A stretch of 35,954 nucleotides of DNA, from contig CAZKBY010000002.1 of the NCBI GenBank assembly GCA_964550915.1, positions 1 to 35,954 on the forward strand. Direction: 5' to 3'. Of the stretch, positions 26,288-35,021 are shown piece after piece (the first letter of the stretch is position 1; each line of letters starts with the position of its first letter). The notes beneath the pieces are model-generated. The model searched no databases. It saw nothing but the letters and a program-made list of their open reading frames with translations, and was not told the DNA's origin. The stretch comes from an uncultured Eubacteriales bacterium. GTDB taxonomy: Bacteria > Acidobacteriota > Aminicenantia > Aminicenantales > UBA8522. The translations under genes and the position numbers were made by a program.

Positions 26288-26701
26288 ATGACAACGAAAC
26301 AGATGCTCATAACGTATCTTATCGCCCTGGCCATCTTTTTTTTAATCGACATGATCTGGCTGGGTGTCGTGGCCAGGGGATTCTACCGGCGGCACCTCTT
26401 GCCGGTGCTCAGCCCCAAAGTGAATTGGGGGGCTGCCCTGCTTTTTTACTTTCTCTTCATCGTCGGCCTGCTCGTCTTCGTCATCAAGCCGGCCTTGATC
26501 GCCGGGGAACCGCTCAGAGCCCTTTTCTTCGGCGCCCTTTTTGGCCTGATCAGTTATGCCACTTATGATCTGAGCAACCTGGCCACGCTGAAAGACTGGC
26601 CTATCGTCGTAACGGTTGTGGACCTCATCTGGGGCAGCGTCCTCGGCGGCACGGTTTCCTTCGTCAGCGCCGTTCTCGGCTGCCACGTTCCGAAGCTCTG
26701 A
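26288..26701 (+). CDS. Small integral membrane protein, DUF2177-like
   Basis: 137 aa with four TM segments. FLIDMIWLGVVARGFY and YATYDLSNLATLKDWP resemble the DUF2177 family as I recall it. Confidence 0.7.
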   Translation: MTTKQMLITYLIALAIFFLIDMIWLGVVARGFYRRHLLPVLSPKVNWGAALLFYFLFIVGLLVFVIKPALIAGEPLRALFFGALFGLISYATYDLSNLATLKDWPIVVTVVDLIWGSVLGGTVSFVSAVLGCHVPKL

Positions 26702-26805
26702 CCCCGGGCGGGAGCAAGCTGGCGTCAATCTCCTTGGCGTTACTTCGATATTTCCTCGCCCGGCCGTTTGATTTTTTTCAATTGTTTTTGTCTGTTAGTT
26801 GAATT

Positions 26806-27306
26806 TTAAAAGTGGACTAGGTTGATGTCATCAAGACGGATTTTCTGAATCCCCAAGAAGTCTCTTTCGCACCAGAAGCGAATCTCAGCTATTCCCTTAT
26901 CTAAATGCGGCACGATGCGGAGTTGGATCGTATCCCGCACCGAGACTCCAGAGAGTTTAAACTCCAGGTTGTGGAATGAGATTTTCCGATAAGGGTTAAC
27001 GATCCTTTCGGTCATCAGGCAAAAGATATCTTTGGTGGACTTGAACGGTGGAGGAATCATGAACTCCCGAAAGAGGGACTTCTTTTCCTCTCGGGCTCTC
27101 TGGAACCGTAGGGAAGGGATCTCTCCTGTGGTGCTATGGACCTGGTGATTGTTATAGCGGTCGACTTCGAAACGGAGGACTTGCCTGGCCTCGGTGATTG
27201 TCTTGATGTTTTCTCGGGCACAGGTTCGGACGAGTCTATCCTGGAGCCAGCCATAAGGCCGTTCGATTTTGCCTTTAGCTTGACAAAAGCGGCTTCTGCT
27301 CTTATC
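26806..27306 (-). pseudogene. 5'-truncated DDE (rve integrase-core) transposase; only the C-terminal ~165 codons remain
   Basis: Hand translation of the minus strand is continuous from just after a TAA at 27307-27309. It reads ...SRFCQAKGKIERPYGWLQDRLVRTCARENIKTITEARQVLRFEVDRYNNHQVHSTTGEIPSLRFQRAREEKKSLFREFMIPPPF...RKISFHNLEFKLSG...IRLDDINLVHF*. AKGKIER is the third catalytic (E) block of rve transposases; the two Asp blocks, the N-terminus and a start codon are missing. The track shows only the internal-Met piece 26806-27060. A possible IS end (TG...) lies near 26789. Confidence 0.8.
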
Positions 27307-27443
27307 TTAAAGGGTGCGTGAAGACGTTTTTCAAACGTTCAAGCCAGGTCGAAAAAGGGAACGTATAAATTAAGGGACATCAAGAAAGAGCGTGCTTTTC
27401 TTCCCGAGTGGCCCGGTTTCAGGGCTAAAATAAAGGAGGTTTG

Positions 27444-28589
27444 ATGAAATTCTCTTCTCGGAAACAGATCCAGGATCTCCTCCGTTTCAAGAGCGATTGT
27501 TTCTTAACGACATCCTTTTTTCTTGACACCGACAAGAGCCGGCTGACCAAAAAAGAAATCTCTGTATCTTTGAAGAACCTGCTCCATCAAGGCCGGACAC
27601 GGCTGGAAACACTCGAAGCCGACAGAAGGAAAAAAGACTCGCTGGCCGAGGATTTGGAAAAAATCAGCCGCTTTGGGACCCAGGTCATGCCAGCCCATAC
27701 AGCTCCCGGGCTGGCACTTTTTTCTTGCGCCGGCGAGAATTTCTGGCAGGAGCTCTCCCTGCCCCGGGCACCGCGCAACCACATCTTCTTTGATCGTGCT
27801 CCCTATGTCCGGCCTCTTTCTTCGATCATGGATGAATACCACCACATCTGTGCTTTTCTCCTGGACCGCCAAATGGCCCGCTGGTACGGCATTTTCATGG
27901 GAGAAATCGTCCTCCTTGAATCTCTGACCAGTGATGTCCCTAGCCGGGTCAGGGAAGGAGGCTGGCAGGGGTACGAATCGAAGCGCATCGAAAGGCACAT
28001 CGACGCCCATCTTCGCGAGCATTTCAAGAGGGCAACCCAAAAAACTTTCGAGCTGTTCAAAAAAGACAGGTTCGACTGGCTTTTTATTGGCTTGAAGGAG
28101 GAGTACCGGCCAGACATCGAGCCCCTCCTCCATCCCTACCTGCGGGAACGCCTGAAAGGCTGGCTCAGAACGAACTCGAATGATTCAGAGGACAAGATTC
28201 TCAAACATTCCATGGAGATCGAAGCGATACTGAAAGCCGAGGAGGAGAAAGCCCTGGTCATGACGCTCGTCACCGAGATTGAAAAGGGAGGCCGCGCCGT
28301 TTCAGGTGTGAGAGATGTCCTCCGGAAGTTGAACGATGCCGAAGTCCAGACTCTGGTCCTGACCCGAAATTTTGCCATCGAAGGAAGGGCCTGTCCCAAA
28401 TGCGGCTTTCTCTATACCGACGAGCTCCGGTGTCCTGTCTGCACCGTTGCAACAGAGAAGGTTCAGGACATCATTCACGAAAGCGTCCATCGAGCCATGG
28501 ACAAAAAGTGCCAGGTCCGTTACATCACGCCGCCCTCGCGGCTCGACCGCTTCGGGAAAATCGGCGCCCTCCTGAGGTTCAAAAGATAA
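27444..28589 (+). CDS. Bacterial eRF1/Pelota/Vms1-superfamily (baeRF1-type) release-factor-like protein with zinc-ribbon insert
   Basis: SRVREGGWQGYESKRIERHIDAHLREHFKRATQKTFELF aligns by eye with the eRF1 M-domain GGQ block ([34 protein letters not shown]). The central and C-terminal blocks GGRAVSGVRDVLRKLNDAEVQTLVL and DRFGKIGALLRF match eRF1 domain C. A CPKCG...CPVC zinc ribbon is present. RBS AAGGAGG. Confidence 0.8.
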   Translation: MKFSSRKQIQDLLRFKSDCFLTTSFFLDTDKSRLTKKEISVSLKNLLHQGRTRLETLEADRRKKDSLAEDLEKISRFGTQVMPAHTAPGLALFSCAGENFWQELSLPRAPRNHIFFDRAPYVRPLSSIMDEYHHICAFLLDRQMARWYGIFMGEIVLLESLTSDVPSRVREGGWQGYESKRIERHIDAHLREHFKRATQKTFELFKKDRFDWLFIGLKEEYRPDIEPLLHPYLRERLKGWLRTNSNDSEDKILKHSMEIEAILKAEEEKALVMTLVTEIEKGGRAVSGVRDVLRKLNDAEVQTLVLTRNFAIEGRACPKCGFLYTDELRCPVCTVATEKVQDIIHESVHRAMDKKCQVRYITPPSRLDRFGKIGALLRFKR

Positions 28590-28593
28590 TTTT

Positions 28594-31500
28594 TTAGGCA
28601 GCCTTCTTAAAAGAGATCTTTTCAAAAAGACTATAAATAATCGGAATAACAAACAGCGTCAGGAAGGTCGTGGCGGCCAGCCCGCCGACCACGGCGATGG
28701 CCATGGGCGCTCTCATCTCAGCCCCTTCAGAAGTGCTTAACGCCATGGGCAACATCCCCAAAATGGTCGTCAGGGCTGTAAGTAGGACGGCTCGCAGACG
28801 GGTCGTCGCCCCCTGGACGACGGCTTCCGCTGCAGCCAGTCCCCGGCGCCTCAGCTGATTGACATAATCGATCATGACGATGCCGTTGTTGACGGCAATA
28901 CCGGCCAGGAGAACAACCCCGATGAGCACGGGCAGGCTGATGGCCCAGCCGCTAACGAGAAGGGCCACGACGACACCGATGATGCCGAGCGGGATCGTGA
29001 ACATGATCACAAAAGGATGACGGAAAGACTCAAACTGCGAAGCCATGACCATGTAGACGAGGAGGGTGGCCAGGGCAAAGGCTCCAGCCAGGATAAGAAA
29101 AGTCTCTTGCATCTGCTCGTAAGCGCCGCCGAATTCAAGGAAGTAGCCTGAAGGAAGCTGTTTTTCGATCGGCGCGATCCGCTTTTTGATGTCCCGCACG
29201 ACGCTTCCGAGGTCGCGGCCAGCGATGTTCGCCGTCACGGAAATGCGGCGCGACTGGCTTTCCCGGGTGATCTGGATGGGCCCTTCTCCTCTGGTGATCG
29301 TTGCGACCTGATTTAAGTAGACGACTTTATTCAGCGGCGTGATAAGGGGTATACGTGCAATCTCGCTCAGGCTGTTTCTGTATTCCTCCCCGAAGCGGAC
29401 CCGGACATCGATCTCTTCGCTTTCCTCCCGGTAGCGGGTGGCCACACGCCCTAGGGTTGCTGTCTGCACGGCGTTGGCGACCTGACTGACCATGAGGCCG
29501 AGCTTGGCCACTCTCTCCCGGTCGACCTTGATCTGATACTCGGGCTTGCCCTGGGACAAGCTGTGCGTCAGGTCCCTCAGCCCCTCGATGTCCTGGATTC
29601 TGGCCACAATGCTGTCGCCGATTTCTTTCATCGTCTCGAGCTCTTTTCCGAAAATTTTGATCTCGACGGGAGCTTGAGCGCCTGTCATCATCTGGCTCAT
29701 GTCTAAAGCTTCGAACTTAACGTTTTCCAGGCGTGGGAGCAGCCGGCGAATTTTTTCGAGGATTTCCATATCACTGAGGCTTCTTTGTTCCCTGTCCACC
29801 AGCCCAACCCAAAGAATTCCTTCGTTTGGGCCAGCGTTGCTAAAGCTCGAGGCCATGTCGGCTGGGTCTTCTTCGGCCGCGGATCCGGCCTGAGCCGTGA
29901 CGATCTTGATCTCTGGCTGCTGGATCATCAAGTTCTCGACGAGCGAGAGCACGCGGTTCGTCTCTTCAAGAGCCGTGCCGATAGGCATTTTAACCTTAAG
30001 GAGGATCATGTCCCGGTCCATGTTCGGCATGAACTCTGTACCCAAAAAGGGTACAATTGCCAGGGAGATGACAAGAATGCCCAGCGCCCCGCCCAGAACC
30101 CACCAGCGACGCTGGAGCGCCCGAGTGAGCCAGCCGCGATAAAGCTCCTTCGCTTTTTCAAACTGAAGGCGTTTTTGAAGGCGGATGCCTTTGGAGTTTG
30201 AGCCGGCCTGCTGGCTTGGGTCGTTCGCCCTCCGGGGCTTAAATAGAAAAGATGAAAGCATGGGTACGATGGTCAGGGCCACAAAGAGAGAAGACAGAAG
30301 AGAGAAAGCAATGGCCAGGGCCAGGCCGCGGGTGAGCTTCCCGGTGATGCCCTGGGCAAAAACGACGGGAAAGAAGACGACGATTGTCGTCAGGGTCGAG
30401 GCGGTGATAGCCATCCCGACTTCTGAGGCGCCCAGGATGGCAGCCTTCTTCCTGTCCTTTCCCTCCTCGATATGGCGGAACGTATTTTCGATGACAACGA
30501 TGGCGTTATCGACGAGCATCCCGACGCCGAGAGTCAAACCTCCGAGTGTCAGCAGATTCAGAGTATACCCGGCCAGGTAGAAAGCGATAAAAGTCGTGAT
30601 GACGGAGAGGGGGATGGCAATGGCGATCGTCAGCGTCGGCCGCCAATTCCTCAGGAAAAGGAAGATGAGGAGAATAGCCAGAATTCCACCCTGGAGAGCA
30701 TTGCTGGCTGTCCGGCCGGCCACCCGGGTGATCATTTTTGCCTGGTCCATGGCGACAAAAAACTCGACGTCGGGCGGCAGGATTCTCTTGATCTCCTCAA
30801 GCTCCTTTTTGACCTCATTGCCGGCGATCGCCGTGTTGGCGCCCGAACGCTTGTTGACGATCAGAAAAACCCCCTTCTGTCTCTGAATCCGGCCGAGGTA
30901 GCGGCTTTCCTTCATCGTGTCCTTGATTTCGGCAATATCGGCAAGGAAGATGGGCTCTCCCGTGGCGGTGTTGCCGATGACCACCCGGCCGATGTCCTGG
31001 AGAGACTCGAACTCGCCCAGCGTCCTGACCAGATAATCAGAGTGGCGCTCGACAAGGTAGCCGGCCGGCAGGTTTACGTTCTCCAGGGCCAGAACAGCCA
31101 GGACGCGGTCGATGGAGAGGTTTCGCGCTTCGAGCGAAGCTTTGTTGATCTCCACTAAGATCTCCCTGACTTCGGTGGAGAAAACCCGGGCCGAAGCAAC
31201 TCCGTCAATCCTTTCCAGCCGGGGAGCCACCTCGTCCTCGATCAATTTTTGGATCTCGGAGGTCGGCCTGTTGCCCGTGATGCCGTAAAAGATGATAGGC
31301 AGTTGGGCTAGGTTGAATTTGACGACCAGCGGATCGCTCGCCTCTGCGGGAAGGTAATTCTCGTACAGGCCGATCTGGTCACGGATATCCTGGGCGGCGA
31401 AATCAAGGTTCGTGCCCCACTCAAACTCGACCGAAATCACCGATGCGCCTTCTTGAGTCGTCGAAGAAACCTTTTTCACACGGTTGACCGAGCTGATGAT

Positions 31501-31707
31501 TTGCTCGACGGGCTTGGTGATGGTCTTCTCGATGTCTTCCGAGGAGGCCCCCCGGTAGGTGGTGATCACGGAAACCGTGGGGTATTCGATGTCGGGGAAG
31601 AAATCCAGGCCCAATCGGGAAAAAGCGATAAAACCAACGACGACCAAGATCATGGCGACCATGGACGTCGTCACGCGGCGATTGACTGAGTATTCTGGAA
31701 GCTTCAT
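28594..31707 (-). CDS. RND efflux transporter permease (AcrB/HAE1-like)
   Basis: 1037 aa with a 12-TM, two-large-loop architecture and a typical start, SVNRRVTTSMVAMILVVVGFIAFSRLGLDFFPDIEYP. Confidence 0.95.
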   Translation of the reverse strand: MKLPEYSVNRRVTTSMVAMILVVVGFIAFSRLGLDFFPDIEYPTVSVITTYRGASSEDIEKTITKPVEQIISSVNRVKKVSSTTQEGASVISVEFEWGTNLDFAAQDIRDQIGLYENYLPAEASDPLVVKFNLAQLPIIFYGITGNRPTSEIQKLIEDEVAPRLERIDGVASARVFSTEVREILVEINKASLEARNLSIDRVLAVLALENVNLPAGYLVERHSDYLVRTLGEFESLQDIGRVVIGNTATGEPIFLADIAEIKDTMKESRYLGRIQRQKGVFLIVNKRSGANTAIAGNEVKKELEEIKRILPPDVEFFVAMDQAKMITRVAGRTASNALQGGILAILLIFLFLRNWRPTLTIAIAIPLSVITTFIAFYLAGYTLNLLTLGGLTLGVGMLVDNAIVVIENTFRHIEEGKDRKKAAILGASEVGMAITASTLTTIVVFFPVVFAQGITGKLTRGLALAIAFSLLSSLFVALTIVPMLSSFLFKPRRANDPSQQAGSNSKGIRLQKRLQFEKAKELYRGWLTRALQRRWWVLGGALGILVISLAIVPFLGTEFMPNMDRDMILLKVKMPIGTALEETNRVLSLVENLMIQQPEIKIVTAQAGSAAEEDPADMASSFSNAGPNEGILWVGLVDREQRSLSDMEILEKIRRLLPRLENVKFEALDMSQMMTGAQAPVEIKIFGKELETMKEIGDSIVARIQDIEGLRDLTHSLSQGKPEYQIKVDRERVAKLGLMVSQVANAVQTATLGRVATRYREESEEIDVRVRFGEEYRNSLSEIARIPLITPLNKVVYLNQVATITRGEGPIQITRESQSRRISVTANIAGRDLGSVVRDIKKRIAPIEKQLPSGYFLEFGGAYEQMQETFLILAGAFALATLLVYMVMASQFESFRHPFVIMFTIPLGIIGVVVALLVSGWAISLPVLIGVVLLAGIAVNNGIVMIDYVNQLRRRGLAAAEAVVQGATTRLRAVLLTALTTILGMLPMALSTSEGAEMRAPMAIAVVGGLAATTFLTLFVIPIIYSLFEKISFKKAA

Positions 31708-32816
31708 GGCTTGACCTCTCCGATGATTTCAACGGCTGCTCCCTCTTCCAAGCCGAAGTTGCCCTCGACGATAACCTCGTCGCCTTCGACCAGGCCGATG
31801 GTGATCTCGACCATCGTTGAGTTTTGAAGGCCCAGAACAACTTCTCGCTTGGCCGCCTTGCCGTCCTCAACGATGAAAACGTATTTATTCGAAAGTATGG
31901 CTTTCTGGGGAACGACGAGGGCATCCTCGTGAGTGCTGATTTCGAGGACGATCTCGCCAAAAGTTCCTGGTCGCAGCACGAGATCCGGGTTGTCAACAGC
32001 GACTTCAATGCCGAATTTCTTGGTCAGCGGATCGGCTGCCAGGTTGACGACATGAATTGTCCCCCGGAACTCCTGTCCCGGAAGGGAAGGCACCCTGAGG
32101 ATGGCCATTTGTCCTTTCTTAATGCGGATAATATCGGACGGCGATATGTCAACACGAATCTTGATCCGCGAGAAATCGACGAGCGTGAGGACGCCGCTTG
32201 CCGCGGAGAATGAACCCATCATCGGGTTGATGACATCCCCGACGTCGGCATTCTTCGAGGCGATGATCCCGCCAAAAGGAGCCTGCATGATGGCTACCTG
32301 AAGATTGTGTCTGGTCAGGTTGACGGCGGCCTGCGCCTGGTCAAGCTGGGCTCTGGAAGCCTCAAAGGCCAGCCGGATCTGTTCAACCTGCTGGTCAGAA
32401 ACCGCTTTTTCCTTGTACAGGCGCTCCATCCGGTCCAGGTTGGTCCGTGAGTCATTGTAGCGGGCCTGGGCCACAGCCAGAGCAGCTTCAGCCTGTTTGA
32501 GCTGAAGCTCGATAGCCTGGGTATCGAGCTCGGCCAGGACCTGACCCTTGGCCACACGATCGCCCTCATTGACGTAGATGCGGGCAATTTTTCCCCCGGT
32601 ATCGGGAGTGATGTTAATTTTCTGCCAGGCTTCGAGAGTTCCCGTGTAGAAGAGTTTCTCCGATATTCTCTGCCTCTGGACTTTGAACACCTTGACCGGC
32701 GCAGCCCCGAAAGTCTCCGCAGCCGCCTCCTCTTTTTTTTGCGGCCGGCAGGACAACAAGGCAGCCATGCCCGCAGATACAACCAACATGATGCTTAAGC
32801 TTTTGAATCGTTTCAT
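31704..32816 (-). CDS. RND efflux periplasmic adaptor (membrane fusion protein), lipoprotein
   Basis: Lipobox AALLSC, coiled-coil hairpin, beta-barrel and MP domains (HlyD_D23-like). Start chosen at ATG 32816 (AAGGAG 6 nt upstream). 4-nt overlap with the RND gene start. Confidence 0.9.
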   Translation of the reverse strand: MKRFKSLSIMLVVSAGMAALLSCRPQKKEEAAAETFGAAPVKVFKVQRQRISEKLFYTGTLEAWQKINITPDTGGKIARIYVNEGDRVAKGQVLAELDTQAIELQLKQAEAALAVAQARYNDSRTNLDRMERLYKEKAVSDQQVEQIRLAFEASRAQLDQAQAAVNLTRHNLQVAIMQAPFGGIIASKNADVGDVINPMMGSFSAASGVLTLVDFSRIKIRVDISPSDIIRIKKGQMAILRVPSLPGQEFRGTIHVVNLAADPLTKKFGIEVAVDNPDLVLRPGTFGEIVLEISTHEDALVVPQKAILSNKYVFIVEDGKAAKREVVLGLQNSTMVEITIGLVEGDEVIVEGNFGLEEGAAVEIIGEVKP

Positions 32817-32839
32817 CTTCATCTCCTTGTTCTTCCGAC

Positions 32840-34180
32840 TCACTCGGACTGTTTCCAACCCTGGCCCATCGCTCTTTCCAATTGGGCCAGAGAAACTGTG
32901 TATTCATACAACGCTTGCGAATAATTGATCCGGGCTTCACTGAGGGCCACCTGGGCCGAGTCAACATCGAGAATGGTGGCCAAGCCTTCGGCGTAATTAA
33001 GCTCGGCCACCCTCACACTCTCCCGGGCCTGTTCAATATTCTTTTCCTGGGAGAGGAGGGACTCCCTGGCCTGATTGAGGGTCAGGACAGCCGATTCCAC
33101 CTCAAACCTGACCCTGTCAATAAGGCCTTTCTCTGTGTGTTCGATCTCCCGGATCATGGCCTCCGATTCGGCAACCTGGGCTGACGCAGAAAAGCCGTTA
33201 AAAACGGGGATGTTCAGGACGAGGTTGAACGAGTAGAAGCTCTGCCAGTTGTCTTTTTTAAAATTGAAGAAATCGGCCCAATAGCTGTAGCTCCCCGAGA
33301 CGGCGAGAGTGGGCAGGATGGCTGCCCGAGCGATCTTCACCATCTCCTGAGCCATCTTTTTCTGGTAATTGACCTGGCTGAGCTCGGGCCTGTTCGCCAG
33401 AGCCTTGGCCAGACTCTCCTCCAGGCTGATCTCGATTGGCTGGTAGGTCATCTCGCCAATGATCTCAACGGGCTGGCTGAGGTCCAGGCCAAGGAGAGTC
33501 TTGAGGTTGAGTTCGGCCACAGCAAGGTTATTCCTGGCCTGGAGGACAGAAGGCTTCAGGTTGGCCACGCGGACTTCAGCCCGCAATAGGTCCAGCCGGG
33601 AAGCAATCCCGACATCGTACATGTTCCTGACATTCTGGGAGAGCTTCTCGGCCAAGCTGAGGGCTTCCTCCGAGACTTCGACGAGCTCCTTGGCCAGCAG
33701 GTAGCCATAATAACCTCTCTTGACGTTGAGGACCGTGTCTTGGCTTGTCTGTCTGACCGATTCCTGGGTGGAGTAAACGTTGTACTTGGCCTGCCTGTAG
33801 CCTGAGGTCAGGCGGCCCCCGGTGAAAAGAGGAAGGGTAAACGACAGGGAGAGCTGGTAATCTTTGGTGAAGTCGATGGCCACTCTCTGCGGCTGACCGC
33901 CGGGGATGAACGAGGGGAACTCAAGGACAAAGACTTTTTCGTCGAGGTTCTGGAGGGCGGAAGCGTTCAGGCTTGGAAAAAACTGGGCAGCCGCCTGCCT
34001 GAGCCTGGATTGGGAAGCCTCAACCCTGTCCTGCGAGGCCAGATAAAAAGGATTCTGGGAAAGAGCCAGGCTGATGCTTTTCTCCAAAGTCAGTGTCAGC
34101 CTCTCTTGAGTGTGGGCGAACGGCCCGGCTGTTAAAATCAGCAGCCAGGTGATTAACGTCACAGCGATCTTTCTCATCAT
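32840..34180 (-). CDS. TolC-like outer membrane efflux protein (OEP family)
   Basis: 446 aa with a signal peptide and two OEP repeats rich in coiled-coil heptads (LTLEKSISLALSQNP..., ...AQLERAMG). The start overlaps the TetR stop (TGATG). Confidence 0.9.
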   Translation of the reverse strand: MMRKIAVTLITWLLILTAGPFAHTQERLTLTLEKSISLALSQNPFYLASQDRVEASQSRLRQAAAQFFPSLNASALQNLDEKVFVLEFPSFIPGGQPQRVAIDFTKDYQLSLSFTLPLFTGGRLTSGYRQAKYNVYSTQESVRQTSQDTVLNVKRGYYGYLLAKELVEVSEEALSLAEKLSQNVRNMYDVGIASRLDLLRAEVRVANLKPSVLQARNNLAVAELNLKTLLGLDLSQPVEIIGEMTYQPIEISLEESLAKALANRPELSQVNYQKKMAQEMVKIARAAILPTLAVSGSYSYWADFFNFKKDNWQSFYSFNLVLNIPVFNGFSASAQVAESEAMIREIEHTEKGLIDRVRFEVESAVLTLNQARESLLSQEKNIEQARESVRVAELNYAEGLATILDVDSAQVALSEARINYSQALYEYTVSLAQLERAMGQGWKQSE

Positions 34181-34866
34181 CAGTCTCCTTTCGCGTTGTC
34201 AGCTCTTTTCTCAAGTCCCTGAAGCATAAAATTATGGATGAAGTCGGCAGCCTTTTGGACACTGTATTCCTTTTCGCGCCAGAAACGAACGTGACAGTAA
34301 CCCCAGATAGCGGCTTCTAAGAAAGTAACGGCCCACCCGACATCCATGTTTCGAAATTCTCCGGAGGCGATGCCCTCTCTCAGGATGTCAGCGACGCTGT
34401 CGAGAATTTCTCTCCGCCTAGCCTTGAGGCGATCGATAAACTGCCTGTCTTTTTTCGAAACCGACTGATTCTCATCACCGACGAGAATTCTCATTTTCTC
34501 CATAAACGACCGACCCATCATTAACATACGAGAAATGTTCTCTTTTTCTTGGTTTGTCCGAAAATAAAATTGAATGCCCCGCTTGAGCTTCTGGCTGGCG
34601 CTGATCTTGAGAGCCTTGATTTTCAGCACCTCGCGGCTGAACTGCTCGAAATGGTTATCCAGGAGTTCAAGGATGAGCTCGCCTTTGCACCGGAAGTAGT
34701 GGTAGAGAGTGGCCTTGGAAAAGGCCGCCTCCCGGGCGACGTCATCCATGGTCATGGCGTCAGTGCCTTTCTCGACGATGACCTTCTCGGCCGCCTTGAG
34801 AATAAGACAGCGGTATTCTTCTCGCCGCCTTTCTTCCCGCTCCCGCCTGATGTCGATTTTTTGCAT
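34180..34866 (-). CDS. TetR/AcrR family transcriptional regulator
   Basis: N-terminal HTH ILKAAEKVIVEKGTDAMTMDDVAREAAFSKATLYHYFRCKGELI. First gene of the efflux operon. Confidence 0.9.
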   Translation of the reverse strand: MQKIDIRREREERRREEYRCLILKAAEKVIVEKGTDAMTMDDVAREAAFSKATLYHYFRCKGELILELLDNHFEQFSREVLKIKALKISASQKLKRGIQFYFRTNQEKENISRMLMMGRSFMEKMRILVGDENQSVSKKDRQFIDRLKARRREILDSVADILREGIASGEFRNMDVGWAVTFLEAAIWGYCHVRFWREKEYSVQKAADFIHNFMLQGLEKRADNAKGD

Positions 34867-34876
34867 TTCTCCTGCC

Positions 34877-34922
34877 TTATTTCAACTTATTGGTTTATTA
34901 AAAGAACTGAAAAGTTCAATAA
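34877..34922. promoter_or_regulatory. AT-rich dyad-symmetric region; candidate TetR operator
   Basis: Perfect GAACT-gaaa-AGTTC (34904-34917) nested in a looser dyad TTATT..AACTT / AAGTT..AATAA. It lies between the divergent TetR operon and the 35022 gene. Confidence 0.3.
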
Positions 34923-34968
34923 ATAAACTAAAAAGTATAATTTTAATAAAATAGCAGAGTTTTTCGAT

Positions 34969-34997
34969 CTTGTCAAGGGCCGGACAAAAAAGTAAAA
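34969..34997 (+). promoter_or_regulatory. Candidate sigma70 promoter for the 35022 gene
   Basis: TTGTCA (34969-34974), 17 nt, TAAAAT (34992-34997). Confidence 0.5.
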
Positions 34998-35021
34998 TAC
35001 TCGTGGCCTGGGAAAAACGAC

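Noticed and set aside
25543-26352. Long antisense or alternative-frame ORFs in the track. Examples: 25543-26352 (-), 27504-28133 (-), 12139-12645 (-), 14350-15159 (+, alternative frame), 17567-18052 and 18089-18649 (+), 20328-20906 (-), 30472-31158 (+), 31421-32008 (-).
   Set aside because: Each lies wholly inside or opposite a gene with clear family motifs. They are biased to R/G/P/S/A, as expected for shadow frames of GC-rich coding DNA, and lack RBS or promoter signals.
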